This document shows positions 40,282-54,281 of a stretch of 64,000 bases of DNA, piece after piece. The position numbers and the translations under genes were made by a program. Source of the DNA: Eledone cirrhosa. Taxonomy: Eukaryota. Each line of letters begins with the position of its first letter. Position 1 is the first letter of the stretch. The notes under the pieces were generated by a model, which saw only the letters and a program-made list of their open reading frames with translations, did no database searches and was not told where the DNA came from. Where the stretch lies: contig OZ024752.1 of NCBI GenBank assembly GCA_964016885.1, positions 37,696,001-37,760,000 on the forward strand. Direction: 5' to 3'.

Positions 40282-41253
40282 GATGCCCAATGTTAGCCAC
40301 CCTTTTCTAATGTTGAGGTAGTATACTAGAACTTTTATAGCTGCCTCCAACTGAAGTTGTCAGGCTTATTATATCACTAATCTCTTGCTTTTCTGTTTTT
40401 TTGTTCCGTCCCTCTTCAATACAGATTGTGTGTGTATGTGTGTGTGAGTATATTCATTTAAGAAATGTGAGGGTTTTGTGCATGTATTGTGAGTTGACTA
40501 AAAAAAAAAAGATTTGGTTTTTTTTTAGTATTAGATTTTAGACAAACTTACTGACACTAAAACAGTTTATACAGAGAAGATTTTAAATATCCAATTGTCT
40601 TGAGATAAGTTATTGTTAATACTTTACAATTTTTTTGGTTTAACTCCTTTAAAGACGAAAAATTAAAAAAATATTTATATCTACATTGTTTCGGTCAATT
40701 TGATCTGATGATCTTTAGGTTTCTTATTCCTAGATTGGTGGATTGTACCAGACTAGGAACCCTTATTTCTAAACTAAGGGTAATAATACTCTTATCCATT
40801 ATTTCACTGACACGTGTACTTCCTTCAGTGGTATAGTGCATAAGTGTTAGTACCTTTAGTTATGAACAGTCTCGTACTATGTCAACACCCAAGGATAAAA
40901 CACCTGAATGCAATCAGAGATCAAAGCAGTGTAGGTGTCAATATTTTTAAAGGTTTCATATTTGAAGATGAGGGTTATAGTTAATTGTAAGAGAAAATAT
41001 TTTTGTTAATTTTTACTTTTGTTTTCTTTATACATTTCTTATAGGTCACATTTATAAAGATCACTTATTAGAATTTTAATGCCTTTCCCGTGGGTGTTGG
41101 TAAAATGGAACTATTCCTAGATAGAGACTAGTTATATTACTGCTTACAGCTACTGATCTCAGTTGTAGACATTAACATGATATAATATGATGTCAAGTCA
41201 TAACTATTTATATTTATATTTTGTTATGTACTTCTATATTAGAACTGATTTAA

Positions 41254-41361
<108 letters not shown>

Positions 41362-41510
41362 GTTCACTATTATGACAATGACAGATCAACTGCTATTGCG
41401 TCAGACTATTAGATAGGTCTTTCTGCAGTCATGTGATGATCAGAAAAAAAGAAAAAAGAAAAATTATTATAATAATGAACAGCTGTAACATTTCTGAGCT
41501 GCACTTGATG

Positions 41511-41516
41511 AATAAA
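41511..41516 (+). terminator. Candidate polyadenylation signal of exon 9b (further AATAAA at 42317, 42357, 42437)
   Basis: First AATAAA seen after the stop codon, ~150 nt downstream; usage unverified. Confidence 0.35.
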
Positions 41517-43761
41517 TACCTTCTTGTCCAGAGTGGAACAGACTATCAAAAATTTACTCTTGCAGACAAATAAGTAAAAAAAAAAATATCATAAAAAATT
41601 TAACCTACCAAAAACCTGTATCCAAAGTAAAAAGAGAAAATAACAACACTCCCAGATCACATATTTTCTTCTTTCATCTTCCTCTGTAACTAGACCAAAA
41701 CTTTGTGGGGTTACTGGTTGACACCTTTGCCGATTCATTTTTCGAATCACTATGGGGCGAGCAGAACCAAGTTTTAGATAATTGACTGCAAGGAAGAAGT
41801 ATTTAAGGTTGGCTGGATGCATTTATTTCATTCTCATTAGCTTTTAAAATTCAACAGATTATGGTTCAGTTACATATGTCCAAAATGCCTGTCAAATTTT
41901 ATATAGCACAAGATTATTTCTTATTTGATAACTTGATGAGTTTCCAGCCTTCATTAACATAGCCAGCAAACAGTATGTAAGCTCTTTGGAAGGTTCTAAA
42001 CATCTTTATATTTTATTTCTTTAGTTAAACTTTGCTACTTCTTTGCTGTTCTCTGAGTGTTTCCAGCAGAAATGCCATCTTAATCTAGCACTTTTTACTG
42101 AGGCCTCTCTTAGATTCTAGGGGGGATCTATAATGACATTACTGTTACGATTATGGTTATTCGCTCTTTCTTAGATAATCTTCTCAACTATGTCTGACTT
42201 CTTTTCGCTGGATCTAGTTGTGTAATGGATCTTGTAACTCTCTAGGCATTATAAAACATTAGCCTAGCTTTGCTGCCACATCCCCCCAGAATATATAGCC
42301 AGTTTGTTCTAATACTAATAAAATCCATATGCTCTCCAATTTGTGTTGTTTTCACAAATAAACACACATATTTCAATAGTGTCTCTCTCTCTCTTTCTTT
42401 CTACTTGTTTTGCTTTTGCTTCATTTTAAAGCTTATAATAAATGGAATATTGAGTTTTTCTATGAAAACATTATTTTCTTCTTCCAAACTATGTGTAACC
42501 TGCAGTCACATCAACAACTTCTGTTTCTATTTTAATTGCAATTCATATTCCATTTATCTATTTAATAATTAAAAAAGAAAATTAAGGTACAGTTAACCCA
42601 TATCAAAGTTTTGTTTTTTAAAAGGCAGATTTATTGCTAATGTTGCTTTTTAATTTCTGCCAAATAAATTCCCCATCTATTTAAAAAAATACTGCTCATT
42701 CATCAAGTATGATTAAAGCAAATTTCTTCATTTCGTAAAACTCAAAATAGTTAGCTTAAGAATTAGATATTTTTAATAGATATTTTTATCATATTTTCAC
42801 AAAGCTATTTGTGAAGTTAGTTATAAAAATTCTTTTAGATTAATATCCCATAACTTTTATATAGTTTCAAAATAAAATTTTAAAGACGCACATATCTTTT
42901 TTTTTATCCTGCTGTTTATAGTTTTTCATCTTAAAACCAATCGTGCCTTGCTAAAATAAATTTTAACTTCAATATACTGAAAAATATTTTAGTTGTATTG
43001 ATAAATAATCTTGTCATGTAATTTCAACATTTTGGAAGAAAAATGTAAATTTTTAAACGTAACACAGTACTTAATAAAATTAGTGTCAACTTTCTAGATT
43101 TCTGATATATATATATATTTTTTTCTTGTAATGAAATCCCTAATAAATATTACCAATATTATAAGCGATCCCCTTTATCATTTTGAATTTTGTTCATGCT
43201 TATTAATTGTCCAATTTTTATTTATTTTCCTCCTTGACCTATCGAATATCCTTGAAATTATAGTTTACGTATGCTTTTTTTCTTTGTCGCCTTCTGCATT
43301 TATTTTATTTTTTCTAGAACTTAGTTTTGCTGGTTTATTTTAGCCTCTTTCTGCAACCTTTTGAGAGAAAAAAGAAAAAAAACTTTATGAAAATGCATTT
43401 TATAGAAATTTAAAATTCTTTAAGTATCAGCAATGGAAAGACCAATGGAAACATTGATTCCTTGGTCAGATTGGGCGAGGTCTGGGATCTTGTCGATCAA
43501 TTCCTTTTCTTATGTTGGGGTATAAAATGTTTGAACAAATTATTTCAGTAGTGTACCTGGTCATAACAAGCAAAAGTTAATTTCGATATTCAACTTATAT
43601 AATTGCCGGCTTTAAGAATCACCATGTAGACGGTAATAAGTGTTTTGATTAATTAGCAATTGACAAAATAATACTTGGCAATGATCAAAGAGACATAAGA
43701 TTTACATTATTCAATATTTTCATTCTCTATACTTAGGGACATTTTTCTATAAAGGATATCT

Positions 43762-43806
43762 AACCCATGCTAGCATGGAAGATGGACGTTAAACGATGAT
43801 GATGAT
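43762..43806 (+). mobile_element. 45-bp RTE-type 3' tail insertion with 7-bp TSD
   Basis: AACCCATGCTAGCATGGAAGATGGACGTTAAAC(GAT)n flanked by GATATCT at 43755 and 43807. Confidence 0.8.
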
Positions 43807-44779
43807 GATATCTCTGACTGGTATATAATATTATCATTCTTTAATACTTAGTCATTTTTCTATAAAGGATATCTCTGACTGATATCTAGGTTTTGTAAGT
43901 GTTGCTATTGAAAAATTCAACAAGTGTCATGTGCAAGCATTTATCTCTTTATATGTGTATAGTGAAGCCTGTCTTATATATGGAGGCCATTCATTAATAA
44001 TTCTTATTATTGCTGCTATTCTATAATCCAAAACACAAGACGGAAAAAGAATGTGCCATCAGCCCCTATGAGGAAACAAACCCATATCTGCCAGATACCA
44101 TTTTTTTCAAATTTCGGCATTAGCAAAGATGCAGTGCCTGCTTCTAGATATGATATGACATTCCTGTAGACATTTAAGGACATAATTATGACTGATATTA
44201 TTAACATGAAATTTGAAGGCAGGATTTAAAAGCTTAACGAGTTTATTTTATCAAGCCACTATAAAGAATGAATATATACAAAAAATGGAAATATTCAATT
44301 GAAAAAAAACCTTCACTTTCTACTTGTTGATTCTTAAGGTCTGCCATGGATCTGGAATTAGATATATATAACTAGGTTTAAACAAAAAATAAAAAATGCT
44401 TAGCTTATTTTTGGTGATTGAGTGTATGCGAACTCTAATGGCTCATATATAGTATAAACATGTACAAACCAGTGTATATGTGAATATTTTTGTGTGTGTG
44501 GATATATATATATATCTCCAGCCAGTTCATATACACTAACATTCTCATGGTTTGAAAATCCGCTCAGTGAAACGCTTCCCCAAGTATGGTTTGCTAATTT
44601 GTTGTGGAACTCTCTCTATATCTATATATATATATATATATTTAATTATTTTAGCTATTCAGAGTTTTTGCAGTTATAGTTTGTGTATATCTGGGATTAA
44701 CTTTTTTAACTTGGATCAGTTTCTCTGTGTGCGTGAGAGATATTTGGAGGAATATATATGTGTTCAGCATTATTTCTTA

Positions 44780-46130
44780 ACATCTGCTTTTCCCAGCTTG
44801 CTCTGGTTTCAACAGGTTTTCCCTAGCATGGTCTCTTGATTTGTTTCTGTCCTTGTGTATGTAATTCAGCTTTCACCATTTCTCCCCATGTCTTCCTCTT
44901 TCATTTGGATCACTTATCACTTCTTTATGCAACTCTTATCTTTCTTCTGTATCCCATGTCTGTACCAGCACAGTCTTCTCTCTCTCTCTCACACACTACA
45001 TTCAATCCCTCTTATATCAAAGCTCCATTTCAGTTCATTTGTGCTTTGTCCTTCACGTGAAGCATACTTGTTTCATTTCCTCTCTATTCAGTACTCTTGT
45101 CTTACTGCCATACTACATTACATTTTGTACACAAGCATCTGCCCTAAACTCAGAGTATTACTCCCTCCCCTTGTTTGCAGAAGTAATAGCTCCCTAAACT
45201 TATTCCACTCTGGTTGTTCTGTTTTCAAAATGCCTGTCTTCTCTGCTAATTAAGTCAACGAGGCAACAGAAGCTATCAACTTCTTCTAGCTTCTAGAAAG
45301 CCTTTCGAGCATTTGAAAGAATATATTTTACAGGTGCGAAGTACTCCTGTACATCGCTACATACAAAATATTTCTTGTTTGCTTATTATCTCTGTCTTCT
45401 TTCCTGTTAACTAAAACTTTTGGCTTTACTAGGTATACTTTGAGGCCTCTTGATTTTAGGTTTTGCTTCCACGTTAGGAATTTCTTCTAATTTTAAACAG
45501 ATTCAGCTATGTCAACTAGGTTATTGGCATGTCTCCTGTGGACAGCCAGTCATAAACTCCTTTTTTATAGCCTGAAAATCTATAATAAACAAGAGGTGGT
45601 GGCTGAGAACCAAGCTCTGGATATCTACCTATGTGCTAAATTCATTGCTGAACTCGGCCAACGGTAACTCTATACATGGCTCTCTGAAGCCATTTATTTT
45701 CTGAGCAATCACCAGACTACTGAGTGCAATACTCTATTAAAGACCTTCCCCAGGTCAACAAATTCTAGGTTAGGGGCTTACTCTTAGCTAAAAACGTCAC
45801 CTATATATATATATATAATGTGTGTGTGTGTGTGTGTGTCGGAAGAGGGCATAGAGCGGGGTACTCTGTCAAAGACCTCACCAGGTTAACAAATGCTAAG
45901 TATAGTGGCTTATTCTTAGCTAAAAACATCTCATATATATATGTCTAGGAAGATGCCTTAGTGGTAGCCCTAATGGCATAAACCAACTGCATTTCAGCTA
46001 AGCTTTTTTCTAATAACTTATACATTTTTCTGCTTTCTAACCTGGTCTATCATCTTGATGCCCCTGTATTTGTTTATATCAGTTGATCATGATATTAGTA
46101 TGATACTCTCCCCTGCTAATAGTTGCTGGA
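44780..46130 (-). mobile_element. Decayed RTE LINE reverse-transcriptase region
   Basis: The - strand reads LEFVDLGKVFNRV (cf. FVDLEKAFDRV) at ~45730-45770 and a YADD-like ANNLV at ~45515; many stops and frameshifts. Confidence 0.65.
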
Positions 46131-49028
46131 TCCCCTTCAAATTGCATATCAACTTAGAAAAAGACGTATTTGATATTGTGTACATGGGGGAAACATTCTT
46201 GTCACTGCTGGAAAGCTTTTGATTATAATTCTCCAAGATCAGGCTGACCTAGGGCTAAACAACCACCACCACTACCTAAGTGATTAGTGCATGTCCAACT
46301 TCACTTGATATTTTCATCTTAATGACTCCCTGGTGCCAATGCTGTTCTGCCTGTCTTCATATACTTATTAATTGTGCTTTTCACTGTATAGTTGTTATAT
46401 TTTTTATATTAACAGTCAATCGACTTTCGACTTTTATCAAAACGGACTGAGGAAACAAAGTTTCCATTGGTCTTTCCAATTGCTAATACTATCTATCAGT
46501 CTCAAATCTAGGTAGAAGGAGCAGCATGAAATAAAGTGTCTTGCTCAAGGACATAACGCATCACCCGGTCTGGGAATCGAATTCACAACCTCATGATTGC
46601 GAATCCAATTCTCTAACCACCCAGCCATGTACCTTCACTTTTATATATATTTAGGGTTAACACAGGGAAACAAATTTCTAATTTTTACTAGTTTTATTGT
46701 TTTATTACTTCCTTGCAGTAGATATCTCAAACTAAATCAGTGAGTGAGAAAAATAGTCTGTATGTCTATATTCAAATTATTTCAAGCATGTTGCTGTTTT
46801 TGTTTCTCTCTCACTCTCCCCCACATATACAAGGACCTCCAGAGGTTGACTGATAAGATACTATCCTGTGCTTTGTCTGTTTTTTCCCTTGTCTTTGCCC
46901 AACTTTTTTATTAGTTAATCTTATCTTAGTGACACCAGTCATTCTTTCAAGTTGATTTATTTATATATTTATATATATATATATATCATCATCACCATTT
47001 CATGCCTATTTTCCATATTTGCATGGGTTAGGCAAGCTTTCACGTTATTAGGTTAAACACGGGTCAGGTGACCACATCTTGCTCGTACACTCTGTTTTTG
47101 GCTTGGTTTTCTATGGCTGGGTGTCCTTCTGAATGCCAGCCACCTTACATATATAAGGTTCAATTCCCACAGGTGATTCTGTCCACTTTCCTCTCCTCCA
47201 GTGTTTATATCCCAGATTTATTTTCAACTGTCTCATAGTTAAAATTGTGTAGTAGTAGCTTTGCATAAAAGCTAAACACTGAAATTCCAGTCATACTACA
47301 TGCTTCGTAGATATTCTCATAAATATCTATATATATCATTCAACCCATGTAAGCATGAACAAGTGAACATAAAAACGATGATGACGATGATATGATCATA
47401 ATTTTTATACCAGCCATGCCAACCTTGGTTGGTTTAGCCTGAGTCAGTTCTTCAGGGTTACTAACCTCCTAGGTATGTTAGGGGGAACTACACCTTTCTT
47501 ATTCCATGTTTGGAATGGTTACTATGTTGAGATGCACCTTCAAATATCAACTACTTCATTTTATTGTGGCACCGACTCTACGGAGGTTGTATTGTTCTCT
47601 CTTCTCTACATAGTTTCTTTCATTCTTTTAAGGTAGATATGATTGATGTCCAGGACAAAGTATGAAATGGGAGAAACAGTTAAAGAATGGTCAAAAGGAG
47701 GAGGAACATAGTTGTTGGTAGGTGTAAACAGCAGTAGTAGGGGAGGATGGTGTCCTTGTGTAATATTCACATTAGATATATCTGATGAGTTGTGAAGTGG
47801 TCTTTGTTTTAGAGGTTTCAGCTGGTTTTATATGTAAATCGTATCATATAGTTATCTGTTGTTTTCACATCCTTACAAGTAAAATATATATAATAGGTCA
47901 AGAGAAGTGAAAAGAATCTTTAGAATAAGTCTGGCCAATATTTTCTGACGGATCTTTTAATGTCTTGTTAATGATGAGTTGATGATGATGATAAGGTTTC
48001 CACAGATATTTAATTTTCTAAGTTCTCCTTTCTCTATTCCCATTCTGTGCTGTTCTGTATATCAGTCCATCAATGGGTGCTTTCAGGTTTGGTTTTTTTC
48101 TGTTAGAAGTCGTTGCTGGACCCTTCATTGAACCCTTATCTAATTCTGAAAAAAAATAGGGGCATGGTATGAACAGCTGCCCATTCTTCTCACAGTGTAA
48201 AATAATTGATTCCAAGGAAAAGAAACAGAAAGAATTGATTCCAGTATATGTCTAATACTCAATTGATCCCAGAAGAATGAAAGCTGAATTTAACCTCCGC
48301 AGGATACAAATACTGTAAAATATTCTATGCACCACCAGAAATATTTCATTGTTATACCTATTCTATTTAATGTTATAGTTTTGTACTTCTATTTATTTTA
48401 ATATGTACCTTTATGACTTAGTCTTGCATATCTACATGTAGAGCCATGAATAGATTGTCAAATTATCGGCCACTCTCTGATAGATTTGTGGTCAAACTTG
48501 TGGCAGTGGAGACTTCTAACATTCATTGGCGGTGATTTAAATTAATATATGATCTAAGTTTTTATTATTTTCAATTCTCTGCAATTATCTATCAATCAAA
48601 AGTTAGGGTAAAATAAGTGGCAACAAAATCTATGTAGAGGGTATGTGAGAAAATATGCTTCATGTAGTATATTTATAGACTTTACTTCGGTTGACCCTTC
48701 TGGGTCATGTTGGCACTGCAGTATGGAGTAGCGTACCACCTCCCTCTCTGTTGTGAAGTCTTTACCAATCCATTCCTCACTGTTTTCCGCTGGGAGCCAA
48801 GCTAATGCTGTAAGGTACATGACGACTTTGATACCTGTCTGTAACTTACAACTTATTTGGAATTTAAGCAGTTCAAAACTGGTATTGATCTTTACAAGAT
48901 CAATATAATTATCAATAAATCCATCTCTAACATTTCCTGTCAGGAAGTGAGGAGAAATAGTTGTAGGATTAAACTGTGAGACTTGCTAAACCACATCTAT
49001 ACTTGGAATTTATATTTTCATTATTTAG

Positions 49029-49240
49029 TAGGGTAGTAGATTGTTAGGATCTGTAGTGTGTTGTACCAATGCTTTACAGCATAGGTACAACCCTTTACGT
49101 TCTGATTTTAAATCCTGCCAAGATTAGCTTTGCCTTTCATCCTTACGAGCTTGATAAAATAAAGTCCCGGTAATGGGGTTGATTTAATCAACTTTCCCCT
49201 CCCAAAAATTGCTAGCCTTGTGCCTAAATCAGAAACCAAA
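49029..49240 (+). mobile_element. Nin/Deu-type SINE copy
   Basis: ctttgcctttcatccttacgagcttgataaaataaagtccc...ccttgtgcctaaatcagaaac. Confidence 0.75.
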
Positions 49241-49480
49241 TATTTAATTATTTAGTGTGTTGTATTATTAAGCTGTGAGACTTGCTAAACCACATCTATC
49301 ATCTATACCTGCAATTTATATTTAATTATTTAGAGTTAGCAAGATCTAACAGTTCACATAAATTCTATAAAACAAAGTGTTGAAATGAAGTACAAAAACA
49401 AACATCGCTTGTATAAAATATCTCCAAGGAAACTTATCTAAGAACAAAACTTGAGAAAGAAATTTCAGTATTAAGCTAAT

Positions 49481-49720
49481 GACCAAGAAAAGCGGAGGTA
49501 AATAATTGGTTTTACCTGAGAATAGATTTTATCATTACCATTTTATACCTGGTTTCCAAGCTGACAGACCAAGAAAAGCACAGGTAAATAGTTGGTTCTA
49601 CCTAGAGTAGATTTTATCATTTTACACCTGGTTTCCAGGCTGACAGACCAAGAAAAGCACAGGTAAATAGCTGGATCTACCTGAGAATAGATTTTTATCA
49701 TTGTCATTTTACACCTGGTT
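49481..49720. repeat. ~80-bp tandem repeat x3
   Basis: GACCAAGAAAAGCACAGGTAAATAG...TAGATTTTATCAT...ACCTGGTTTCC repeated three times. Confidence 0.85.
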
Positions 49721-52369
49721 CCCATTACATGAGCTGGATCATTCATGATGGTCCATGTCAGTTCTTATACAAAATTACTACCCCCATAAATAGGTGAAGG
49801 ACCATGTACTATATATTCCATTGTTGGCATGGCTGCTCTTCTAACACCAACCATTTTACAGAGTTTACAAGGTGCATTTTATCATGGCATCAACACTAGA
49901 GAAGTGTACTCAGCCAGACTAAAGAATCTTCACTACTTTGTTGTCCCCACTTGTTGAACACATGTGGGCTAATAGGGAGTTGGACTTGTGATCATATGGT
50001 CATGGATTTGATACCTAGACCAAACTGTGTTATATTCTTGATCAAGATATTTCATTTCACATCGCCCTTTTCATGGGTGCTTCTTATCACTAAAACTTCA
50101 ATGCATCCTTGTAGGAAGCAAGCTAAACATGCATAGGTGCAGGCTGTAATTTCTTGTTATATCACTTTCAAGGCAGCTTGACCAAGAGATAAGTTGAATT
50201 GGGTTAACTTAGTGAAGGAAGCAACAGTATAACGAGAAAACCAAAATGATTTGAGTGAGGTAATGGTAGAAGGAAGAGTAATAGAAAAAAAGATATTGAT
50301 GGTCAATGGTAAGAGCCTGATTGATATCAATGAGTGACTTGGGACAGAAGGTGAGATGGTAAGGGTTATTAAGCTACGAGGCATATACCATTTATATGCT
50401 TATTCATGGGGAAAGAGTGCTCAAGTACTCCTTCCAGCAGGTCCTGTTAGAAGCAACTGGTGTCCAGTTGATCCAGCTGAGCTCATGGATGTTATCCAAC
50501 CGTCTTGCTCTGGGTCTCCTGCCAGTTGATTTTACCCATAAAATCTGTCCAGTGATTATTTCCTTTTTTATGCTTAGTTTTTGATTTTCATGCAACACAT
50601 CTTGGAGCAACTTAAGCTATAGATGATAATCCCTAGAATAATATATATATATATATATATATCACAACTGATTGACTCCATAACCAAAAGTTGCTCAGTA
50701 ATCTAAAAAAAAAAAAAAGCTTCTATAATTTATGTTTACAATTTTGATGGGTTTAACTTGTTCAGAGAATCAACAACAGGACAACGTAATAGATGAAACA
50801 ACCATACCTGATGATGATGAAGAAACTGACTGATGAACGTTAAAAACAATACAATTTAAAAGATACATAAGTATAAAGGATGATGTATTCATGTGCAAAC
50901 ATGCTATAAAATAGGGTGGAAACCTTTAATGGTTAAAGCACCTAGCAGATATCTGAGAGGTATGGGGGTTCGATTCCTCATAATGGCCAATGGCAACTTC
51001 TTTTTTCATCTTTTATTTTCACCCATTTTATAAGTTATTTTATAGCATCTCTGTCCATGAGCACACCATCCTTTATACTTTATATATATATATATAATAG
51101 GTGGTTCAGTAGATTCGTGGTTTACTGATGAGGGTACGAAAATCGGCACTATACTAAGGCAAGCGTATATATTGAAAACAAAGCGAGGTTTAATATTAAG
51201 GTCTTTATTGATAATACACAGTTACGATTGTTTCACAAATGGGTGGCTCAGGATCTATATAAATGCTGTAGACGCGACGTAACATTTTGGTTTTGCTTGA
51301 TTAATAAGTCTGATGAGCAGATTGGGCTATGAAATGATCGTAACTGTATAAAAGACTATGTAAAACTTTGCTTTGTTTTCAATATATATATAATATTGGG
51401 TATGAATCGAAGTTGTAGCTGTCAGGTACTAATCGAGTTTGAGGCAATCACAAAACATTCAATGGACCGAGAAGTTCAACACAGTTAAAAAGTGACACCA
51501 AGAAAAACGACCGAATGGAGTGCTTATACCACAACAACGATAAATACAAAAAGGTATATATATATATAATGTGTGTGTGTATTCTCGGTGCTTAAAAGTC
51601 CGAAAGATCGACTATGTATATTGTTAATTTTGCAGTATTTTAATGTAAAGACTAAAATACTCACAATTCAGAAATAAAATAAATTTTTAAAAGACACTAA
51701 TTTTTCGTGTTGGTCATTTCGAGTTATTGTCCATAATCAATACTTGTGAAATAAACATCTTTTCATGCTAAATATTCGTCATCATTATCAACAGCAGCAG
51801 TATCATTCCTGGAAAGTCCGTTGTTGGACATAGGCCTTCCCCGAGCTGCGCTAAATATTACAAAACTATATATTTTCATACATGTTTATTTGGCAATAAC
51901 TAAAACTAAAATATCTGAAGCCTTTTTCCAGTTCATGTGTTTAGTAAAACTCGTATAATCATTTTTTGTCGTCCAGTTTCCATGTTGACATAATGGTTGA
52001 CAGATTGTCAAGTTCTGAGACTAAACAGCAGATGGCCATGTCTTGTTTGTACAATCCAGTCTACACTTGGATATCCTGCCTAATGCTGACCACTTTACAG
52101 GGTGGACTGGGTGTATTTTATCATGTCATTAGTACTACCACTTTATACTGTGGACTGGGTGTATTTTATCGTGGCATTAACATTACAATTTTACAGACTG
52201 GACTTAGTGTATTTTATCATGACACTAGCATTACCACTTTACACTGTAGACAGGATGAATTTTGTTAGGGTACCAGCTCTACTACTTTACAGGGTATCTA
52301 GTTTGATAAGTCTACTACCCAGTGAGCGAATGAGGTATCAGATGTTGTTGATCGATTCCTCATAGAATC

Positions 52370-52925
52370 CTAAAAAGCAAATTTGGGGAAAGGACAAGGT
52401 TGATTAAATCAACCTCAGTAGATGACTGGTACTTTATTGTTATCACATACACCCGCTGGAAGGATAAAAAAAGCAAAGTTCAGTTGACACCGACGGGATT
52501 TGAACTCAAAACAGAAACGTAACTAAACTCTGACGTTGTAACGACTCTGTCAATTCCTATTCTAAGGGAATAATGGTTCTGATTTAGGCACAAGGCCAAC
52601 AATTTCGGGGAAATGGGAAAGTCGATTAAATCAACTCCAGTTGGTACTTTATTGTATTGATCCCGTAAGGATGAAAGGCAAAGCTAACATCGGCGGCAGT
52701 TGAACTCAGAGAGCTCAAAATAATAATAATGGTTTCTGATTTAGGCACAAGGCCAACAATTTTGGAGGAGGGGAAGTCGATTAAATCAACCCCAGTGCGT
52801 TACTAGTACTTTATTTAATCGACTCCGTAAGGATGAAATGCGAAGCTAACCTCGGCAGGATATGAACTCAGAACTTAAAAAGACATAATTAAACCTGACG
52901 CTGTAACGAATCTGCCAATTCACAT
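52370..52925 (-). mobile_element. Three head-to-tail Nin/Deu-type SINE copies
   Basis: Repeated gattaaatcaac...ggtactttatt...gtaaggatgaaaggcaaag...tgaactcaga. Confidence 0.75.
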
Positions 52926-54056
52926 TATAAGGGAATATTGATCGATGTTTAGCGTAGGATGGCAGTCGAATGGAGTCGCTCTGCATTGGTGAGTGTATGT
53001 TTTAACTGTTTGCTTAATTCTTTAATCGTTCGTGTAAGTTATTGGTTTCACAGAGTCCTAAAAACCGTGTCCCAAATACCTAGAAAAAAAACTGGCGTCT
53101 GTTCAAGTTGAGAAGATGAATTAGAAGAATTAAGATGAACTAGCTAAAGTATGACAGTAGCAGATCAATTGTTATTGTTTTTCAACTGCATTCATGTCTA
53201 CGATTTATCAAAAACATCCGCTAGATGATCGATTTCTTCTGTAATTATATCAAATCGGGTGAACATTGTAAACAATCACGTTTTAACAATTATATATACA
53301 TCAGCACATTGCTATACATTGCTACACATGTTAATTTTAGATTGTCAAAGAGAAATGGTAAACGATATTAGAAAATAGGTAGGTTGTTGTGGTTTAGTCC
53401 TAGTTTAGCCGTGTTTCAACAAAACCTTCCAGTCGTGGCCATCTATTTTATATTTTATTTTTATTTTTCAGACATTATAGACTTTATTTTCATTTATTAT
53501 ATTTTTGAAGCCGTTCAGGTGTGATTTAAGGGAGATTTTACTGCTATTTCTAGGAGATTAAATGGTCACATACATACTCCCTTGTAAGGCTCGGTCTACC
53601 TGAAACCGTGAACAACAAGATTTTATTCACAGTTGTATATATAACATTACAAATTGAATGTCTTAAATCATATACAGCTTCAACTATATTCGAAAAAATA
53701 AACCTTATCTATAAATCTGTTTAAATGTTTACATGTCATTGACATATAAACAGTTTCAATGCTGAAAAAAGCTACGGTATTTTATGATTGGCAATCAACA
53801 TGTATGTGTGTGTGTGTGTGTGTGTGCGTTGTTTTCTCTCGTTGATATATATGTCCCACCCTTGCAAGCAGGGAAAAGCGGACGTAAAATGATGATGATG
53901 ATGATGATGATATATATATTCAGCAAAATACATGATACTTGGGATAGTGGAGTGTGACTATATTAGAAAAAGTCTGAGCCCCACGGTTGATCTCTTGCCG
54001 TTTCGACAGCTAATTCCTGACTCAATATGTAAATGTATATATATATATATATATAC

Positions 54057-54169
54057 AGGAACGAGTAGGACCCCGGTGGCTGAGCTCAAGTCGTTTCGAC
54101 GGCTAATTCTAGTCCAGAATTAGCCGTCGAAACGGCTTGAGCTCAGCCGTCGGGCCCCTACTCGTTCCT
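54057..54169. repeat. 54-bp imperfect inverted repeat (Penelope-like hairpin)
   Basis: AGGAACGAGTAGG...GCTAATTCT agtcc AGAATTAGC...CCTACTCGTTCCT. Confidence 0.85.
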
Positions 54170-54248
54170 ATTACCCACTCTACTACCCTAAGTATTGAGT
54201 ACTTTGGTGCGTTATGGTCCACCTGGTTCCTTACCACATTTCCTTCGT

Positions 54249-54281
<33 letters not shown>

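Noticed and set aside
51125-51155. CTGATGA-GGGTAC-GAAA hammerhead-like core (also CTGATGA at 32587 and 50808)
   Set aside because: No compatible stem I/III or cleavage triplet.
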